Assembly (NCBI GenBank): GCA_965198115.1
Contig: OZ240241.1
Coordinates: 4,128,001-4,192,000, forward strand
DNA from: Candidatus Latescibacterota bacterium
GTDB taxonomy: Bacteria > Latescibacterota > UBA2968
Reading direction: 5' to 3'
Length of the DNA: 64,000 nucleotides
The notes below the pieces were generated by a model. The model did no database searches. It had not been told where the DNA came from and worked only from the letters and a program-made list of their open reading frames with translations. How positions within the stretch are numbered: the stretch's first letter is position 1; each line of letters opens with the position of its first letter. Position numbers and translations under genes: made by a program. This document shows, piece after piece, positions 59,988 to 64,000 of the stretch.

Positions 59988-60548
59988 CTACTGGTTGTAA
60001 CGATCCTCATACATCATACGCAACTTCTCCGCCTCTTCGGGACTCAGACCTTTCATCCACGAGTGTTCTTCCTGCGCCAGAAGCGCCTCCACGAGCGACG
60101 CGTATTTGTGACCGATGGCCTCACTTTTCGATTCTGCCGCGTCTACGACCGCCGGCAGAAACTCGGTGTAGTAATTTTTGGCCACCTCGTACATCCCGTG
60201 CCAGTGCGTATAGTCCGGGCCCATCATACTCGCCCCGTGTCTGGCGCGTCGCCCTTCGTGATGCCAGAGTTCCCAGAACACCCATTGAACTTCGTGTTCG
60301 AACGGCGCGTCGGGTCTGAGCACGCCGTCCAACTTGAGCATATCCATAAACCTCTTGGCGGGCTTGGCGAACTTCTCGTTGTATAGCATCACCAGATCGT
60401 CAAACTGCTTGTAGAAGTTGTCGATATAGGTGTCGTTGTGGCAGTTCCGGCAGGCGCCCTTCATCTCCTCACGGCGCTGCTCCCACGTCACGATGCGGGC
60501 CACGCGCCGCAACACCTTCTTGCTCACCAGCTCTTCATCCTCGACCAC
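59988..60548 (-). pseudogene. C-terminal fragment of an HAO-like multiheme cytochrome c
   Basis: One CxxCH (CRNCH) plus WHHEGRRARHGASMMGPDYTHWHG; no signal peptide or upstream hemes. Confidence 0.75.
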
Positions 60549-60787
60549 TGTCGCGGATTGTGAACTCGCGTCTGATCAACGAGACAGATGAGCCGCGACC
60601 TGGATCCAGAACGGAGGATACTGCAAGAGAGGCTTTATAGCGAGTGGCTATGACGAATTAAGCGTGTCGCCCCCACGGAGACCGGGGATGGGACGAGATT
60701 CATTACAGAATTCGATCGATTTCGGGTTAGAGGATAGTCCCACGCAGCGGAAACACCTGGGTGGGTGATGGCTATACGGAATGACGA

Positions 60788-61027
60788 TCACTCGTTGCCT
60801 GCACTCGTGAAAACCTGCTCGAAAGATCGGTCTGAGATTGCGCCCGTCGACTGCTGCAATGCGTCGATTACGAAAATGACGCACACGAAAATGACGACCA
60901 ATCCGATGACCACCGCACCGTTCTTGAGGTTCTGCCGCTCATCGGATCTGTTTAGAATGTCACACAGGTTCGGCATCGGACCTTCTCCACGTCTTATTGC
61001 ACTCGTCTCCCGACCATCAGCCATCAT
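60788..61027 (-). CDS. Possible small membrane protein
   Basis: Short ORF with one hydrophobic segment; weak support. Confidence 0.3.
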   Translation of the reverse strand: MMADGRETSAIRRGEGPMPNLCDILNRSDERQNLKNGAVVIGLVVIFVCVIFVIDALQQSTGAISDRSFEQVFTSAGNE

Positions 61028-61064
61028 AAGTCCCCAGGACTGGCAGTCACATATGATCCAAGCC

Positions 61065-62282
61065 TCAGATCGAGGGGATCGCTTCGATCACTCCGATCTC
61101 TTCATTCGATAAATAACACGCCGGGTCCTCCGCCCACGGATCGCCGTAAGCCGCCCAGGCGCGTACCCTCTGGCTTCCACCGCACATCTTTATGAAAGCG
61201 CAGTTCTTACATCGTCCCTTGAGCAACGGAAGACGGTTCTTCAGCCCCGCCATCAATGGATCCGATTCATCCATCCAGATCTCGCTGAACGGACGATGCT
61301 TCACGTTTCCGAAGCTGTAATCCATCCAGAACTGATCGGCGTGGACGTTTCCGTTGAAGTCGATATCGGCGATCCCCACGCCGGAACTGTGTGCCCCTCT
61401 CCCGTTCCATTCCAGGAGCTGGCGAACCTGCTCGGCCCTGTCTGGATCCTGCTCGAGCAACTTCAGATACAGGAACGGGCCGTCGCAATGGTTGGCGACA
61501 GTCAGAACATCCACTGTATGACCCCTGTCGAACAGGTCACGCGTTTTCTCCGCGATCGTTTCCATCGCGTGGCGCGCTTCCGATGGAAGAAGATCATCAT
61601 CCCGCAGTCCACGGCCCCGGCCCGAATAGGCCAGGTGGTAGAAACAGACGCGCTCGATCTGCTCTTCCTGGACAAAGCTGAAGATACCGTCCAGATCTTC
61701 GACGTTGTGGCGCGTCATCGTCATACGGAGACTGATCGGAAGTCCGGCCGCTTTGCAGTTTCGGATGCCGTCCACGGCGCGTTCGAAAGCCCACGGCTTG
61801 CCGCGGAACACGTTGTTCACCGCACCGATGCCGTCGAGACTGGCCCCCACGTAGGTGATCCCCATCTCTTTGAGCCGCTGTGCCGTCTCTGGACGGATGA
61901 GCGTGGCGTTGGTCGACAGGACGCATCGCAGACCGAGGTCGCGAGCATAGCCCAGATAGTCCCAAAAGTCAGGGTGAACAAGCGGCTCGCCCCCGGACAT
62001 CAGCAGGGCCGGGATCCCGAACTCGGCGAGGTCCTCGAGCATCGCGTGCGCCTGGTCGATAGTCAGCTCATCGGGATACCTCTTGGCATCGGAATCCGAA
62101 TAGCAGTGGATGCAACGTAGATTGCAGGTGCGCGTGATGTTCCACACGACCACCGGACGCCGTTCCGCCGCGCTCCTCGCCCTCTTATGCGCGTGTTTGA
62201 CGCCGGGACTCGCCCGTTCACCGTATCTCAGAGGGTCGTGGGCGAAAGACGTGTCGCAGAGAAGCTTCGAAAGAGCGATCAT
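61065..62282 (-). CDS. Radical SAM/SPASM heme biosynthesis protein (AhbC/NirJ-like)
   Basis: PVVVWNITRTCNLRCIHC, SGGEPL, NHCDG, SSGVG and C..C....CGG..RA. Confidence 0.85.
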   Translation of the reverse strand: MIALSKLLCDTSFAHDPLRYGERASPGVKHAHKRARSAAERRPVVVWNITRTCNLRCIHCYSDSDAKRYPDELTIDQAHAMLEDLAEFGIPALLMSGGEPLVHPDFWDYLGYARDLGLRCVLSTNATLIRPETAQRLKEMGITYVGASLDGIGAVNNVFRGKPWAFERAVDGIRNCKAAGLPISLRMTMTRHNVEDLDGIFSFVQEEQIERVCFYHLAYSGRGRGLRDDDLLPSEARHAMETIAEKTRDLFDRGHTVDVLTVANHCDGPFLYLKLLEQDPDRAEQVRQLLEWNGRGAHSSGVGIADIDFNGNVHADQFWMDYSFGNVKHRPFSEIWMDESDPLMAGLKNRLPLLKGRCKNCAFIKMCGGSQRVRAWAAYGDPWAEDPACYLSNEEIGVIEAIPSI

Positions 62283-62316
62283 CGAACCGGCCTCCGCTCG
62301 TGCCTGCCTTGAGCCA

Positions 62317-62913
62317 CTACGCTGTGGATAAAATCGGGTCGGACTCGGTGTGCTCCAGTACCACCTCCTCCGTGTCGATGAAGCGTGCGGCCCGACTCCG
62401 TTTGCATCGGAGATAGTGTTTGATCACGCCGCCGAAGTCCCCACACACGCGGCCCGTCGCGGCGTATCTCAATGGTTGTGCAGGAAGGTGGCCGCTGCGG
62501 GGTGTGGACTCCCGCTCGATCTCCACAGCGTCCAACTCGACACCGTCCGGCAGGTCTTCGGTCAAGAAGCGACACTCGCGAATCATATCTTGGTTGTACA
62601 CCTCGAGTGCAAATCCGAATTCCGCAGTGTGAATCACTGTAGCCGAATTCAGACGTATTCCGATAGCAGGTTCCGCCTCCACGACAGCTTGCTGCAACGC
62701 TTCGACGACCCGATTCTCGACGCACACGTGAACGAGATTCTCCAGATCGAACAGCTCACCTAGAACGTCTTTGAGGGTTTCCCGTCGGATTCCCGTCTTT
62801 CTATGGAAGAAGTATTCGAACGGGTTCCCCATCCCACTTCGAAACCCCATCAAAAACCCCTTCACCAGTGGGAACGACCCCTCGATAACGAGTTCGGAGA
62901 ATGTTGTGATCAA
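62317..62913 (-). CDS. Hypothetical protein
   Basis: 198-aa ORF co-oriented in the operon-like run. Confidence 0.6.
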   Translation of the reverse strand: MITTFSELVIEGSFPLVKGFLMGFRSGMGNPFEYFFHRKTGIRRETLKDVLGELFDLENLVHVCVENRVVEALQQAVVEAEPAIGIRLNSATVIHTAEFGFALEVYNQDMIRECRFLTEDLPDGVELDAVEIERESTPRSGHLPAQPLRYAATGRVCGDFGGVIKHYLRCKRSRAARFIDTEEVVLEHTESDPILSTA

Positions 62914-62936
62914 ACCGGCTCCTTTCGACGAACCGA

Positions 62937-63704
62937 CTATCCTGACGGGAATACGCCCATCCGCTCAAGGGCCGCAATCGCCCTGTGCATCCGGGGCGAA
63001 CGTTCGATCGCTGCCCGATAGGACACCACCGCAAGCGCTCGATCCCCAAGCGTCTCGTGGATGATGCCCATCAGATAGTGCGGGCCGGCGAATCCTGCGT
63101 CCCGCTCCGCGGCCTCACGCAAGGCAGCCAGGGAAGCGATCAGCGCATCCCCCTCTGCAACCGGATCGGACACAGACACTCGGAAAAGCTGCAATCCCGC
63201 GACGTATGATTCGAACGCAGCCACGTTGTGCGTGGACGCCTCCGTCAGAAACCGGGCGTCCGCGCGGACAGCCGGAACGCCGAAGACCATTTGGACACGG
63301 TGCATAAGTACATCCAGCGCCTTGAGTGGTCTGTCCGTCGGTGTTCGATCCGTGACGCTCCTCAACACCTCCCCGGATGGAACGTCCACAATGCGGGCCT
63401 CAAGCTCCAGGAACGTTTCTTCGATGTGGTAGGATCCGGAAACGTAGCGATCGAATCCCCCTTTTCTCGCTACCCCCAATTCCTCTGTCCGAGGGACGGA
63501 TTCCGCAATCACGACGTCGGTCACACCGGAGATATGGAGAAGCCTCAACTCCAGTTCGGCGGAGAGCCCAACCCTCATCCACTCCCAGCTTGGAACGCTG
63601 GTTTGAGCCACAAACGGAAAAATCAGAATGCGGGACGATGCTTGGGCCGGCAGGGAACTGCTGAGCAGCAGCAATAGAACAGCAGATCGAATGAAAGATT
63701 TCAT
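62937..63704 (-). CDS. Secreted TolB-N/FlgO-like + TPR protein
   Basis: Signal peptide, ILIFPF, GSY...ARIVDV.SGE and C-terminal TPR; AGAGGAGG SD. Confidence 0.7.
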   Translation of the reverse strand: MKSFIRSAVLLLLLSSSLPAQASSRILIFPFVAQTSVPSWEWMRVGLSAELELRLLHISGVTDVVIAESVPRTEELGVARKGGFDRYVSGSYHIEETFLELEARIVDVPSGEVLRSVTDRTPTDRPLKALDVLMHRVQMVFGVPAVRADARFLTEASTHNVAAFESYVAGLQLFRVSVSDPVAEGDALIASLAALREAAERDAGFAGPHYLMGIIHETLGDRALAVVSYRAAIERSPRMHRAIAALERMGVFPSG

Positions 63705-64000
63705 CTCAGCCTCCTCTCGGCCTGAACCTGCAATTCGACCCATCTAAGGAGCCAACGAAAGGGGGGCGCAGGGCCAGCCGCGACGTCGAGTGGTAGTTCA
63801 GGTTAAGGGCCCACAGTGCTATGGGTTCTTATACAATACCCCAGGTGCAAGACCGTCGTCAGCGGGCTGTGTTGCCGATTTCGCTCACAAAGGTTGGAAC
63901 GCCCAGCAGCTTCTGAGAGCACTTCGCTGTTTGACCTCAGACGAAATACTTGACCCGTTCCTTCTTGAACTCTCGCGTCGAGTAGAGAATCTCACGATCC

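Noticed and set aside
1-64000. tRNA, rRNA, CRISPR array or prophage
   Set aside because: None recognised by eye; a covariance-model scan would be needed to exclude small RNAs fully.

Overview
High-GC bacterial chromosomal window with about 50 genes. The tandem DUF6785/6784-type membrane proteins, the dockerin-like protease tail and the PhyH/Gfo-Idh-MocA content suggest a Latescibacterota-like organism (inference only). Recognisable genes include nadA, mraY, hisI, prs, polB, msrAB, thrC, prmA, dnaJ, grpE, hrcA and an ahbC-like radical SAM gene, plus many catabolic enzymes and a decaying MacAB-type ABC cluster. There are three insertion sequences. Two related IS256-family elements each split a gene that rejoins in frame when the IS is removed. 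An IS630-family element sits at a TA in the middle of a ~190-nt multi-helix sequence that is only visible after the IS is excised, and this is the best candidate for an unrecognised structured RNA. A second candidate is a ykkC-like riboswitch variant with a terminator upstream of prmA. A third is a promoter-inverted repeat-terminator leader in front of hrcA, where no CIRCE is visible. Several REP/MITE-like palindromes are present. No rRNA, tRNA or CRISPR array was seen. All assignments were made by eye from motifs and no database searches were run.
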